A DNA stretch of 64,000 nt from an uncultured Aureispira sp. (lineage in GTDB: Bacteria > Bacteroidota > Bacteroidia > Chitinophagales > Saprospiraceae), in contig CAYNSF010000002.1 in the NCBI GenBank assembly GCA_964399855.1, positions 71,691 to 135,690 on the forward strand, read 5' to 3'. A model generated the notes under the pieces. It had not been told where the DNA came from. It ran no database searches and saw only the letters and a list, made by a program, of their open reading frames with translations. Positions 37,241 through 47,373 of the stretch are shown here, in pieces (within the stretch, counting starts at the first letter, position 1; each line of letters begins with the position of its first letter). The translations under genes were made by a program, and so were the position numbers.

Positions 37241-39151
37241 CTATAATAAAATAAAGATTGTTAAAATACCCAAAATACCCAATACCATTGCAAATAAATA
37301 AAAACTGATATGGCCATTTTGCACTTTTCTCATTTGTCCAGACAATAGCATGGTTGCCGATCCAAAGCTGTCTGTCACTCTATCCACGACATTCGTTTCA
37401 ATCCAATTTTTCAAACCATTAGCAAATCTCATCAATGGTTGAGCAAATACGGCGTCATATATTTCGTCAAAATAGAATTTCTTGGCTAAGATATTCGCCA
37501 CCGGCATGGCAGCTGTTTCTGCATCACTTTCAGGTACTGCGTTTCCTTTGATATATTTGCTATACGTCCAGATGACCATAGCCAGTACCAATCCTGTTGA
37601 AATACCCATTAGTACCCATTCAGTACTATGATCTAAATGCAATTCTGACATTTTTACCACTGGACTAAGGAAGTTTTCCAACCATTGTCCACCACCAAAA
37701 ACTGTCGGTATATTCATAAATCCACCAATAGCGGATAAACCGGCTAATATAAATAGCGGTGTCAACATGACCATTGGAGATTCGTGTATTTTTGCTGCAA
37801 CGGATTCCGGTGTTCTGGATTTACCTTTGAATACAAGGAAATACAAACGCAACATATAAAATGCGGTCAATATTCCTGATACTGCACCAAAGACCCACAA
37901 TACCGGACTTTTTCCAAAAGCAGATGCAAGAATGTAATCCTTTGAGAAAAATCCTGCTAATGGTGGTAATGCTATAATGGCAATGACGGCTATCAGAAAA
38001 GTGAGATGTGTATATTTCATTTTATCACTCAATCCGCCCATTTTGCGGATATCCTGCTCGCCGTGCATACCGTGTATAACGCTTCCGGCACCAAGAAACA
38101 ATAGCGCCTTGAAAAAAGCGTGCGTTAGTAAGTGGAAAAACGCAGCCGCATAAGCGCCAACGCCCAATGCAAAAAACATAAGACCTAATTGGCTGACAGT
38201 AGAGTAGGCGAGTACCTTTTTGATATCACTCTGCTTTAAGGCTATCAAACCTGCGATAAGTGTAGTAGCTAATCCAACAATGATGATGATTTCGTTGGTA
38301 AATGGTGCTAAAACAAATAATACATTCGACCGGATGATCAAATATATACCGGCTGTCACCATGGTAGCAGCGTGAATCAATGCACTCACAGGCGTAGGGC
38401 CTGCCATAGCGTCAGGCAACCATGTATGTAATGGAATTTGAGCACTTTTACCGGTAGCACCCGCAAATAACAGTAAAGTGATGATGCCAATAACAGCTGC
38501 ATCTGCATCAAAAACGCCCTGTGCCATACTGTTGACATCTGCATATACGAATGTACCGAAGTACTTAAATATCATGTACAGACCGAAAAGCATAAATAAA
38601 TCACCAACTCTGTTGACGATAAATGCTTTGTTGGCTGCTGCGCTGAATTCAGGATTTTTGTACCAGAATCCAATTAGCAAATAAGAGCATAATCCTACAC
38701 CTTCCCAACCAGCAAACATCAATACATAATTATTTGCCATAATCAGTATCAGCATGAAGAAGATGAATAAATTGAGATAAGCAAAGAATCTGCTGAATCC
38801 CTGATCGCCGTGCATATAACCGATAGAATATATATGTATCAAACCACCAACACCTGTAACAAGCAACATCATAGTAGCTGAAAGTTGGTCTATTTGAAAT
38901 GCGAAAGGAATATGCAGACTTCCAGCTTTTATCCAATCAAAATAGATGGCTTCAATAGCACCATAGGAAGATACATAGCTAAATAGTATTAGCGATAGTA
39001 CAAATGATGTCAGTACCCAACCCGAAGCGATAGCACCGGTTTTACTTTCTGATAGCTTGTCACCATATATAAAGTAGCCAAAAAAGCCAATCAAAGGCAG
39101 TAATGGTACGAGAAGACTGATTAAATGTATAGTATCAAAGTTCACACTCAA
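37241..39151 (-). CDS. nuoL: NADH-quinone oxidoreductase subunit L
   Basis: 636 aa, the largest antiporter-like subunit with a C-terminal extension. Assigned by operon position. Confidence 0.85.
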   Translation of the reverse strand: MSVNFDTIHLISLLVPLLPLIGFFGYFIYGDKLSESKTGAIASGWVLTSFVLSLILFSYVSSYGAIEAIYFDWIKAGSLHIPFAFQIDQLSATMMLLVTGVGGLIHIYSIGYMHGDQGFSRFFAYLNLFIFFMLILIMANNYVLMFAGWEGVGLCSYLLIGFWYKNPEFSAAANKAFIVNRVGDLFMLFGLYMIFKYFGTFVYADVNSMAQGVFDADAAVIGIITLLLFAGATGKSAQIPLHTWLPDAMAGPTPVSALIHAATMVTAGIYLIIRSNVLFVLAPFTNEIIIIVGLATTLIAGLIALKQSDIKKVLAYSTVSQLGLMFFALGVGAYAAAFFHLLTHAFFKALLFLGAGSVIHGMHGEQDIRKMGGLSDKMKYTHLTFLIAVIAIIALPPLAGFFSKDYILASAFGKSPVLWVFGAVSGILTAFYMLRLYFLVFKGKSRTPESVAAKIHESPMVMLTPLFILAGLSAIGGFMNIPTVFGGGQWLENFLSPVVKMSELHLDHSTEWVLMGISTGLVLAMVIWTYSKYIKGNAVPESDAETAAMPVANILAKKFYFDEIYDAVFAQPLMRFANGLKNWIETNVVDRVTDSFGSATMLLSGQMRKVQNGHISFYLFAMVLGILGILTIFILL

Positions 39152-39170
39152 TGTTTTTTAAATTTGTGAA

Positions 39171-39494
39171 TTACCATTTCAATTGTTTCAGGGCATCGAT
39201 ATCAACCGTGCGGATATTCCTATATATCATCACAAGCATAGCCAAACCGACGGCTATCTCTGCGGCAGCTACGACCATGATAAAGAATACAAAAGCCTGC
39301 GCATTCGAATCATTGTGATAAACTGAAAAAGCAACGGCCAATAAATTGATAGAGTTAAGCATAAGTTCTATACTTAAAAACATCACAATTAGGTTGCGTC
39401 TCATTAAAACACCTATAATGCCAATGCTAAATAAAATAGCACTTACCGTAATATAATGCGTTATAGGCACCGCCATTTCTAATGGTTCACTCAT
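39171..39494 (-). CDS. nuoK: NADH-quinone oxidoreductase subunit K
   Basis: 107 aa with three TM helices. Overlaps nuoJ by 8 nt. Confidence 0.85.
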   Translation of the reverse strand: MSEPLEMAVPITHYITVSAILFSIGIIGVLMRRNLIVMFLSIELMLNSINLLAVAFSVYHNDSNAQAFVFFIMVVAAAEIAVGLAMLVMIYRNIRTVDIDALKQLKW

Positions 39495-39987
39495 CGATTA
39501 AATCTTTTTTGTTAAATATTACAACACCGACCATAGCCGATAAAAATAAGATACTTGATACTTCAAAAGGGATCAGAAATTCATTAAAAATAACCTTTCC
39601 CAATGTCGAAGCTAATCCTATTTCTTGGTTTGCTGTTACATTACTATTGTATGTCGCAGACGATAATGCCGCTATGATGACCAAAAACATCATTAAACCT
39701 GTTGCAGTTGCTGCTACTTTTACAACATTACTCTTTTGGAAACTGACGATATGCCGTAGATCCAAAAACATGATGACATAAAGCACCAAAACCATGATCG
39801 CTCCGGCATAGACGATGATATGCACGATAGCCAAAAACTGAGCATTGAGCGTAACATAAAGCCCTGCCAACGAAAAAAACGTTACCAACAAAAATAATAC
39901 ACTGTACATCGTATTTTTGTGAAATATCATAATGATACTGCTGACGATGCAAATTAAAGAAAGTGTATAAAAAAGTGCTGCTTCCAT
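39487..39987 (-). CDS. nuoJ: NADH-quinone oxidoreductase subunit J
   Basis: 166-aa membrane protein. Assigned by operon position. Confidence 0.8.
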   Translation of the reverse strand: MEAALFYTLSLICIVSSIIMIFHKNTMYSVLFLLVTFFSLAGLYVTLNAQFLAIVHIIVYAGAIMVLVLYVIMFLDLRHIVSFQKSNVVKVAATATGLMMFLVIIAALSSATYNSNVTANQEIGLASTLGKVIFNEFLIPFEVSSILFLSAMVGVVIFNKKDLIDE

Positions 39988-40013
39988 AAGTTGAATTTTT
40001 GTTTTAATTGAAT

Positions 40014-40562
40014 TTATATGGCGCCTTCTCTGATGCCTTTACGTCGCTTACTAACATCGATTCTATCTTCTGGAGCGATACCTTCCACAAGCATTTCTTT
40101 AGTATAGACAAACTTCTTTCTGGAATAATCCGATGTTGGAATCTCTTCTGTCAAGTAAATAGCATCTTTTGGACACGCTTCTTCACAAAATCCGCAAAAT
40201 ATACATCGCAACATATTGATTTCATATTCGACGGCATATTTTTCTTCCCTAAACAAATTTTCTTCGCCTGGTTTTCTTTCGCCCGCTATCATCGTTATTG
40301 CTTCAGCAGGACATGATAATGCGCATAATCCACATGCCGTACAATTTTCACGACCTTGATCATCTCTTTTAAGGACGTGTCTGCCACGATAGTATGGGCC
40401 ATGATCTTTGGTTTGTTCAGGATACTGTATGGTAACTTTCTTTTTGAAAAAGTGCGCCAAAGTGATCCGCAATCCTGCAAGAATCGCTGGCAAATAAATT
40501 CTTTCCGACCAGGTCATGGTCTTATTGGATACGACTTTACTTCTGTTTGTGAGCGATTGCAT
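40014..40562 (-). CDS. nuoI: NADH-quinone oxidoreductase subunit I
   Basis: 182 aa. Two 4Fe-4S ferredoxin motifs, CTACGLCALSCP and CIFCGFCEEACP. Confidence 0.9.
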   Translation of the reverse strand: MQSLTNRSKVVSNKTMTWSERIYLPAILAGLRITLAHFFKKKVTIQYPEQTKDHGPYYRGRHVLKRDDQGRENCTACGLCALSCPAEAITMIAGERKPGEENLFREEKYAVEYEINMLRCIFCGFCEEACPKDAIYLTEEIPTSDYSRKKFVYTKEMLVEGIAPEDRIDVSKRRKGIREGAI

Positions 40563-40566
40563 AATA

Positions 40567-41601
40567 TTAGTTGTTATATAAAATAATAAATCCTGTTATT
40601 AACATATTCAATATGGATAGTGGTAATAATACCTTCCAACCTAAATTCATCAATTGGTCAAAACGGAATCTCGGTATCGTCCAACGTACCCACATGTAGA
40701 AGAAGATAAAGAATAATATCTTTGAGAAAAATATACCTGCACAGATGATCGCAAACATGATTTCACTTACATTTTCACGGACTACATGCATGAATGGAAA
40801 ATTATATCCACCAAAGAATAAACACGCTATTATAGCAGATGATATAAACATGTGTACATATTCGGAAAATAAGTAAAAACCAAGTTTCATACTTGAATAT
40901 TCCGTGTGGTATCCACCGACCAATTCTGTTTCACACTCAGGTAAATCAAAAGGTGTTCTGTTGGTTTCAGCGAAAGCACATACTAAGAAAATCAAGAAAC
41001 CAATCGGTTGGTAAAATACATTCCAGCCCATACCAAAACTACCTTCTTGACTGCTGACGATCTGACCGATACTTAATGATCCTGTAGTCATGATTACCGC
41101 TACGATACTTATACCCATGGCAAGCTCATAGCTAATCATTTGCGTAGAAGCACGTATAGCACCGAGTATGGAATACTTGTTATTAGATGCCCAACCGCCT
41201 ATCATAATACCATAAACACCAAGGCTGATCACACCCATGACATATAAAATACCAATATTGATGTCTGCGACTTGTAGTGGTACGGATGTACCGAAGATGT
41301 TGATGTTGGGTCCCCAAGGAATGACAGCACTGGTCATCAGAGCCGTTGCCATACTAATAGCAGGGCCAAGTATAAATAGTAATTTGTTCGCTTCCTGCGG
41401 AATGAAATCTTCTTTCATAAACATTTTGAGACCGTCAGCCAATGGCTGTAAAATACCTATCGGTCCAGCTCTGTTAGGGCCTATTCTGTCTTGCATAAAG
41501 GCGGCTACCTTTCTTTCTGCATACGTACTGTAGGCTGCTATCAACAAGGATATCAGAAACAGTACCGTGACCAAACCTACTTTAAAAAATATCAGCTCCA
41601 T
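40567..41601 (-). CDS. nuoH: NADH-quinone oxidoreductase subunit H
   Basis: 344-aa polytopic protein. The AERKVAAFMQDRIGPNR motif is typical of NuoH/ND1. Confidence 0.9.
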   Translation of the reverse strand: MELIFFKVGLVTVLFLISLLIAAYSTYAERKVAAFMQDRIGPNRAGPIGILQPLADGLKMFMKEDFIPQEANKLLFILGPAISMATALMTSAVIPWGPNINIFGTSVPLQVADINIGILYVMGVISLGVYGIMIGGWASNNKYSILGAIRASTQMISYELAMGISIVAVIMTTGSLSIGQIVSSQEGSFGMGWNVFYQPIGFLIFLVCAFAETNRTPFDLPECETELVGGYHTEYSSMKLGFYLFSEYVHMFISSAIIACLFFGGYNFPFMHVVRENVSEIMFAIICAGIFFSKILFFIFFYMWVRWTIPRFRFDQLMNLGWKVLLPLSILNMLITGFIILYNN

Positions 41602-41642
41602 GTTTTGTTTTAGTTAATATTCAGATAAATATTAATTTTTCT

Positions 41643-42599
41643 TTATACAGTCTTATTTTGTTCCTGCAACTTCTTACGAACTACAGGGATTTCATAAATA
41701 TTGTGATTTTGTGCAATGACAGAATGTCGATTTACCGGAGCATTCTGATCGATTACCCAATCTTTGGTGTCTTTTTTGTGAAATCGACAATCATTACAGA
41801 TGAATTCATCGACTTCGTGCCATCTATCTTTACGTCCTGTGACACGCAATACTTCTGATCCTTGGTACCATAATGTCACTTTTCCGCTACAAGTAGGGCA
41901 GTTTCTATGTGCATAAACTGGTTTAGTAAACCAAACCCGTGACTTAAATCTAAATGTTTTGTCTGTCAATGCACCTACTGGACACACATCCACCATATTA
42001 CCCGAAAACTCATTGTCAATGGCTTTTTGGATGTACGTCGATATTTCCGCTGCTCCACCACGGTTGATGATGCCATGTACCCTTTCAGGCGTTAACTGGT
42101 CAGCCACCATCACACACCTAAAACACATAATACATCGAGTCATGTGCATTTGGATATATTCACCTATGTCTATCTTTTCAAAAACTCTTTTCTTAAAATC
42201 GAAGCGACTTTTGCACAATCCATGCTCATAAGACAAATCTTGCAAATCACATTCTCCAGCCTGGTCACACACTGGACAATCCAATGGATGGTTGATCAAC
42301 AGAAATTCAGTAACGCTTTTACGTGCGCTATCTACTTCGGGTGATGTGCTATTTCGTACTTCCATACCGTCCATGACGGTAGTACGGCAACTGGCTACAA
42401 GCTTGGGCATAGGTCTTGGATCTTTTTCCGAGCCCTTAGTTACCTGCACCAGACAAGATCGGCATTTACCACCTGACCCTTCAAGCTTACTGTAGTAGCA
42501 CATCGTTGGAGGTACATTTTCACCTATCAATCTCGCTGCTTCCAATATGGTTGTCCCTGGTGGTACTTCTATGGTTATATCATCTATGGTAACTTTCAT
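41643..42599 (-). CDS. nuoG: NADH-quinone oxidoreductase subunit G, short form (Fe-S N-terminal module only)
   Basis: 318 aa. 2Fe-2S region CYYSKLEGSGGKCRSC. HPLDCPVCDQAGEC, CIMCFRC and CPVGAL clusters. No molybdopterin-like domain. Confidence 0.85.
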   Translation of the reverse strand: MKVTIDDITIEVPPGTTILEAARLIGENVPPTMCYYSKLEGSGGKCRSCLVQVTKGSEKDPRPMPKLVASCRTTVMDGMEVRNSTSPEVDSARKSVTEFLLINHPLDCPVCDQAGECDLQDLSYEHGLCKSRFDFKKRVFEKIDIGEYIQMHMTRCIMCFRCVMVADQLTPERVHGIINRGGAAEISTYIQKAIDNEFSGNMVDVCPVGALTDKTFRFKSRVWFTKPVYAHRNCPTCSGKVTLWYQGSEVLRVTGRKDRWHEVDEFICNDCRFHKKDTKDWVIDQNAPVNRHSVIAQNHNIYEIPVVRKKLQEQNKTV

Positions 42600-42634
42600 T
42601 ATTACTTCTTTAAAAGCTATTTATATTGAATTGT

Positions 42635-42785
42635 TAGTGTCCTGAAATAATAAAATGTTGTTCATTTTCCAAATCTCTGCGTTAAAAAGCCTCGCCGGAC
42701 CAACTGGTTCGCCTACGTTTTTTGCCTTGATCTTAAAAAAAATAACTTCCATTTTAATTTAACTTTTTATCTTGAAAGAACACTA
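42635..42785 (+). mobile_element. MITE-like element, copy C, inside the nuoF-nuoG spacer
   Basis: Aligns with copy B over its whole length, with an 11-nt deletion near the left end. The reverse complement of the right end is tagtgttctttcaagataaaaag, whose first three bases are the nuoF stop codon. Confidence 0.7.
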
Positions 42786-44129
42786 TGCTGTTTGATAATT
42801 CATTTCCGGTTGATAAACGTGGTCATCGTCTTTCACACGGTGTGGATATTTGATATGGTATTCAAATTCGTGTCTGAAATGTCGTATCGCTGCTGCTACT
42901 GGCCATGCTGCTGCATCACCAAGTGGACATATCGTATTACCTTCGATACCATTTTGTATATCCCACAATAAATCTATATCTGATTCCTTACCTAATCCAT
43001 GTTCTATATTGTACAATAATTTATCCAACCAAATCGTACCTTCACGGCATGGGCTACATTGTCCGCAACTTTCGTGATGATAAAATCTGGCGAATGTCCA
43101 TGTGTTTTTAACGATACACTGCTTCTCATCGTAAACGATAAAGCCACCCGAACCGAGCATACTACCTGTTTGGAAGCCACCTTCACTAAGACTTTCATAC
43201 GTCATCAATCGTGGATTGCCATTGCTTTCTTTAAGCAGTAAATGTTTTGGTAAGATTGGTACGGATGAACCACCCGGCACACAAGCTTTGAGTTCAAGTC
43301 CACCTTTGATGCCACCGCAGTATTCGTCGGAATAAATGAATTCTTCTACAGGAAGTCCAAGTTCGATTTCAAAAACACCAGGATTATTAATATTGCCCGA
43401 AGCTGAGATGAGTTTTGTACCTGTAGAGCGACCTACGCCTATTTTTGCATATTCTTCGCCCCCCATATTGATGATAGGCACGGCTGCACAGATACTCTCT
43501 ACGTTGTTGACGATGGTTGGGCTATTCCAAAGTCCTGAAACGGCCGGAAATGGTGGTTTGATCCGTGGATTGCCACGTTTTCCTTCCAATGATTCTATCA
43601 ATGCTGTTTCTTCACCACAGATATAAGCTCCCGCTCCCGGATGTACATACAAGTCAAGGCTGTAACCAGAACCTTTGATGTTTTCGCCCAATAATCCTTT
43701 GCTATAAGCTTCTTTTATGGCTTTTTCGAGTATCCTAAGGATAAACATATATTCGCCACGGATATAGATATAGCTTGTACGACAACCCAACGCATAACTG
43801 GATAAAATCATCCCTTCTATCAGCAAATGTGGTAATTTCTGCATGATGAGCCTATCCTTAAACGTTCCCGGTTCACTTTCGTCCGCATTGCAAAGCAAAT
43901 ATCGTGGCTTGTCTGTTGACTTATCCAAAAATGACCACTTTAAACCTGTAGGGAATCCAGCACCACCACGACCACGAAGCCCGGATGTTTTGACTTCTTC
44001 GGTCACTTCATCAGGCGACATTTTGCCCAAAACCTTATCTAATGTCCGATATCCACCGTGTTTGATGTATTCATCAATCTTTTCGATGCCCGGTTTATTT
44101 ATATGTTCCAATAATAGTTGTACACCCAT
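42783..44129 (-). CDS. nuoF: NADH-quinone oxidoreductase subunit F
   Basis: 448 aa. GAGAYICGEETALIESLEG FMN/NADH motif and ESCGQCSPCREG 4Fe-4S motif. Confidence 0.9.
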   Translation of the reverse strand: MGVQLLLEHINKPGIEKIDEYIKHGGYRTLDKVLGKMSPDEVTEEVKTSGLRGRGGAGFPTGLKWSFLDKSTDKPRYLLCNADESEPGTFKDRLIMQKLPHLLIEGMILSSYALGCRTSYIYIRGEYMFILRILEKAIKEAYSKGLLGENIKGSGYSLDLYVHPGAGAYICGEETALIESLEGKRGNPRIKPPFPAVSGLWNSPTIVNNVESICAAVPIINMGGEEYAKIGVGRSTGTKLISASGNINNPGVFEIELGLPVEEFIYSDEYCGGIKGGLELKACVPGGSSVPILPKHLLLKESNGNPRLMTYESLSEGGFQTGSMLGSGGFIVYDEKQCIVKNTWTFARFYHHESCGQCSPCREGTIWLDKLLYNIEHGLGKESDIDLLWDIQNGIEGNTICPLGDAAAWPVAAAIRHFRHEFEYHIKYPHRVKDDDHVYQPEMNYQTA

Positions 44130-44134
44130 TATTA

Positions 44135-44638
44135 TTAATATTTATCGGAATGTTTACTTCCAAGTTCATGAATGATTTTATCAACTTCCTCTTCTGTCAA
44201 GTTTTCGTAATAGTCTTCGCCAATCTGAAACATAGGCGCATAGCCACAAGCTCCGAGACATTCTACCGTTTTTAGTGTGAATATATTGTCCGAAGTTGTT
44301 TGACCGACTTTTATCCCAAGTTTGCTTTCAAGATAAGCGATGATTTTGTCCGAACCACATATCATACAAGGACCCGTTTGACATACTTCTATCACGTATT
44401 TGCCGACAGGCTTAGTGAAATACATGGTATAGAATGTAGCGACTTCGTACACTTCTATCGGTTTGATCTCAAGGATAGAAGCCACTTTATCCATGGTTTC
44501 TGTTGTTAGCCAGCCATGGGTATCTTTCTGAGCGATGTGCAACACCGGTAAGAGTGCTGATTTCTTACGCTCTTTTGGGTATTGGGCGACAATCCTGTCT
44601 ATTTCTTTTATTGCTTCTTGCGAAAACTGAACATCCAT
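44135..44638 (-). CDS. nuoE: NADH-quinone oxidoreductase subunit E
   Basis: 167 aa. 2Fe-2S ligands in CQTGPCMICG and CLGACGYAP. Confidence 0.9.
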   Translation of the reverse strand: MDVQFSQEAIKEIDRIVAQYPKERKKSALLPVLHIAQKDTHGWLTTETMDKVASILEIKPIEVYEVATFYTMYFTKPVGKYVIEVCQTGPCMICGSDKIIAYLESKLGIKVGQTTSDNIFTLKTVECLGACGYAPMFQIGEDYYENLTEEEVDKIIHELGSKHSDKY

Positions 44639-44677
44639 TGTATAAATGATTATTCTATAATTATATTAATAAATTTA

Positions 44678-45916
44678 TTATGCGTCAAGCTCTCCAGCTA
44701 TCACATTCATACTACTCATCGTAATAATAGCATCACTCAATAAGGCACCCTTTATCATTTCAGGATATGCCTGATAATATATATAACACGGTCTTCTGAA
44801 ATGCAGTCGGTATGGCTGACGACCTCCATCACTGATTAAATAAAAACCTAACTCTCCGTTTCCTCCTTCCACAGCATGATATACCTGACCTTTGGGTGTA
44901 TTGATTTCTCCATACACGACTTTGAAATGCCATATAAGACCCTCCATAGTATTATATACATCTTCTTTTGGCGGAAGGTAAAATTCAGGTACATCTGCAT
45001 GATAGTCACCTTCCGGAAGATTTTTGAGTGCTTGCGAAATGATACTGAGACTTTGCCTCATTTCCTCTTGTCTTACACAAAATCTATCATACGTATCTCC
45101 ATTATCTCCAAGCGGAATCATGAAATCAAAATCCTCGTAAGAACAATATGGATGCATCACTCTCACGTCGTAATCCACACCGGCGGCTCTAAGATTGGGA
45201 CCAGTAAAACCATATTCCAACGCTCGCTCAGCCGAAATAGAACCAACATTGATCGTCCTTTCCATGAAGATACGATTGCGAATAAGCAACTTTTCAAATT
45301 CCTCCATTGCTTTAGGAAACTCTCTAAGAAACTCTTCAATTTTAGCAATCACTAACGGTGTGAAATCCCGCTCAAATCCGCCAATACGTCCAATATTGGT
45401 GGTCAATCGAGCACCGCATATTTGCTCGTAGATTTCATATATCTTTTCTCTGAATTGGAAAATGTACAAAAATCCTGTCAATGCTCCTGTATCCACACCT
45501 ATGACACTATTGCAGATGATATGGTCACTGATACGTGCGAGTTCCATGATGATGACTCGCATATAGTCGATACGCTTTGTTGTCTTTACGCCCAATAATT
45601 TTTCTACGGTCATTTGCCAACCGATATTGTTTATAGGCGAAGAACAGTAATTTAAACGATCCGTAATCGGCGTTACCTGATAAAATGGACGATTTTCAGC
45701 CAATTTCTCAAAAGCTCGATGTATATAGCCAATTGTTTGCTCCGCTTCCAAGATTAATTCTCCGTCCATTTTCAAGACATTCTGGAAAATACCATGGGTA
45801 GCAGGGTGTGTCGGCCCGAGATTGAGATAATTATATATCTTTAAATCATCCTCAAGGTGTACAGTCTCACCGGGTAGTATTTGACTTTTGATTTTATCTT
45901 CCGAAATATTTGTCAT
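44678..45916 (-). CDS. nuoD: NADH-quinone oxidoreductase subunit D
   Basis: 412 aa. NLGPTHPATHG start motif and C-terminal AGELDA-type end. Overlaps nuoC by 23 nt. Confidence 0.9.
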   Translation of the reverse strand: MTNISEDKIKSQILPGETVHLEDDLKIYNYLNLGPTHPATHGIFQNVLKMDGELILEAEQTIGYIHRAFEKLAENRPFYQVTPITDRLNYCSSPINNIGWQMTVEKLLGVKTTKRIDYMRVIIMELARISDHIICNSVIGVDTGALTGFLYIFQFREKIYEIYEQICGARLTTNIGRIGGFERDFTPLVIAKIEEFLREFPKAMEEFEKLLIRNRIFMERTINVGSISAERALEYGFTGPNLRAAGVDYDVRVMHPYCSYEDFDFMIPLGDNGDTYDRFCVRQEEMRQSLSIISQALKNLPEGDYHADVPEFYLPPKEDVYNTMEGLIWHFKVVYGEINTPKGQVYHAVEGGNGELGFYLISDGGRQPYRLHFRRPCYIYYQAYPEMIKGALLSDAIITMSSMNVIAGELDA

Positions 45917-46394
45917 CTTTATCTGTTCTGGTATTATCTACTAAAGGATATTGCTTCAAAAGCGGATGATAATCCATATCCTCGACGTTCAATATGATTT
46001 TTAGGTTCGGGTGTCCGATAAATTTGATACCGAAAAATTCGAATGTTTCTCTTTCCATCCAATTGGCAGTAAGATACAGATCTGTAACTGTTGGAATTTC
46101 CGGTTTGCTAATGGGTAAAAAGACATGAATCCTGATACGGACATTGTTGTACATGCTATATAAGTGGTACACGACACTCAATTCATGATTTTCTTTATCT
46201 GGAAAATGAACACCACAAAGAGAAGTTAGAAAGTTGAACTTGAGTGTTTCGTGGTGTTTCAACCAAGTTAACAAGTCTATGATTATATCTTTACTAACGA
46301 TAAAATCAAGCATGCCATAACTTTCTTCTATACTCAGTATATCATCTCCAAACTGCGCTGAAATAGCATCACTCAATACATTATTATCTACCAT
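45894..46394 (-). CDS. nuoC: NADH-quinone oxidoreductase subunit C
   Basis: 166 aa. ANWMERETFEFFGI motif. Confidence 0.9.
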   Translation of the reverse strand: MVDNNVLSDAISAQFGDDILSIEESYGMLDFIVSKDIIIDLLTWLKHHETLKFNFLTSLCGVHFPDKENHELSVVYHLYSMYNNVRIRIHVFLPISKPEIPTVTDLYLTANWMERETFEFFGIKFIGHPNLKIILNVEDMDYHPLLKQYPLVDNTRTDKDDKYFGR

Positions 46395-46396
46395 AG

Positions 46397-46948
46397 CTAT
46401 TTTTCGATTTGGTAATGATCTAATAAATGCGAATATTCAGGAGAATTACGTCTTCTAATCGGTTCATTTTTGACCAATTCCTGCAACTTCAATATTCCGT
46501 CTAAGATGGCCTCCGGTGGTGGTGGACAACCTGGAACATAAACATCTACAGGTATTACTTTGTCAATACCTTGTAGTACTGAATATGTGTCAAATATACC
46601 ACCTGAACTAGCACAAGCTCCTACAGCAATGACCCATTTGGGTTCAGCCATCTGTGCATATACGTGCTTGAGTACGGGTCCCATTTTCTTAGCTATCGTA
46701 CCCATAACCATAAGCATATCGGCTTGACGAGGCGAGAAACTCAATCTTTCTGCACCAAATCGACCCAAGTCATACGTTGCAGCCATGGTAGCCATAAATT
46801 CGATACCACAGCATGATGTAGCAAATGGCAATGGCCATAGAGAGTTAGCTCGTGCTAATCCTACTACTTTATCTAATTGCATCAACCCGAAACCGTCGCC
46901 AGAATACATTTCCGGTCCATCCGGGACAACTATTGGTTTTACTCCCAT
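46397..46948 (-). CDS. nuoB: NADH-quinone oxidoreductase subunit B
   Basis: 183 aa. CCGIEF, GACASSGG and PGCPPPPE 4Fe-4S ligand motifs. Confidence 0.9.
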   Translation of the reverse strand: MGVKPIVVPDGPEMYSGDGFGLMQLDKVVGLARANSLWPLPFATSCCGIEFMATMAATYDLGRFGAERLSFSPRQADMLMVMGTIAKKMGPVLKHVYAQMAEPKWVIAVGACASSGGIFDTYSVLQGIDKVIPVDVYVPGCPPPPEAILDGILKLQELVKNEPIRRRNSPEYSHLLDHYQIEK

Positions 46949-47334
46949 TTCAATACACCTTTTTTAATTACATAAAAATATCCTAATAAAAACGGAGTTA
47001 CAAAGATGATCATCTTAATAAAACCACCCATGCCCAATTCTTTGAAGTTGACTGCCCACGGATAGAAGAAAATAATCTCAATGTCAAAAAGCACGAATAA
47101 AATTGCAGCAAGAAAGTATTTAACCGAATACGGTAATCTTGCATCGCCAATGGATTCTATGCCACATTCGAAACTCGACAGTTTCACCTCACTTTTGCGC
47201 TTTGGACCCAAAAAGTGACTCGCCACAATCGTAATGCCTACAAAAGACATCACTACCAAAAACTGGATAAAAATAGCTACATAATCAAGGTTTGAAATAC
47301 TGATATTTGCTGCCTCCATATTAAAAATAAGCAT
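46939..47334 (-). CDS. nuoA: NADH-quinone oxidoreductase subunit A
   Basis: 131 aa with three TM helices. FECG and FDIEIIFFYPWA motifs. The start could instead be the second ATG at 47319. Confidence 0.85.
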   Translation of the reverse strand: MLIFNMEAANISISNLDYVAIFIQFLVVMSFVGITIVASHFLGPKRKSEVKLSSFECGIESIGDARLPYSVKYFLAAILFVLFDIEIIFFYPWAVNFKELGMGGFIKMIIFVTPFLLGYFYVIKKGVLKWE

Positions 47335-47365
47335 TTAAAGATTGATAAAACATCAATAAGTTGGG

Positions 47366-47373
47366 CAAAATTA
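47366..47373 (-). promoter_or_regulatory. candidate -7 box (TAATTTTG on the minus strand) for the nuo operon
   Basis: The plus-strand caaaatta is the reverse complement of TAnnTTTG, about 32 nt upstream of the nuoA ORF start. No convincing -33 TTG was seen. Confidence 0.25.

Noticed and set aside
44876-45355. 159-aa plus-strand ORF, with similar antisense ORFs at 35873-36157, 39482-39781, 40008-40316, 41237-41533 and 43843-44175
   Set aside because: All lie wholly inside well-supported nuo genes on the opposite strand and have low-complexity, Cys/Phe/Ile-rich translations, so they are antisense artefacts.
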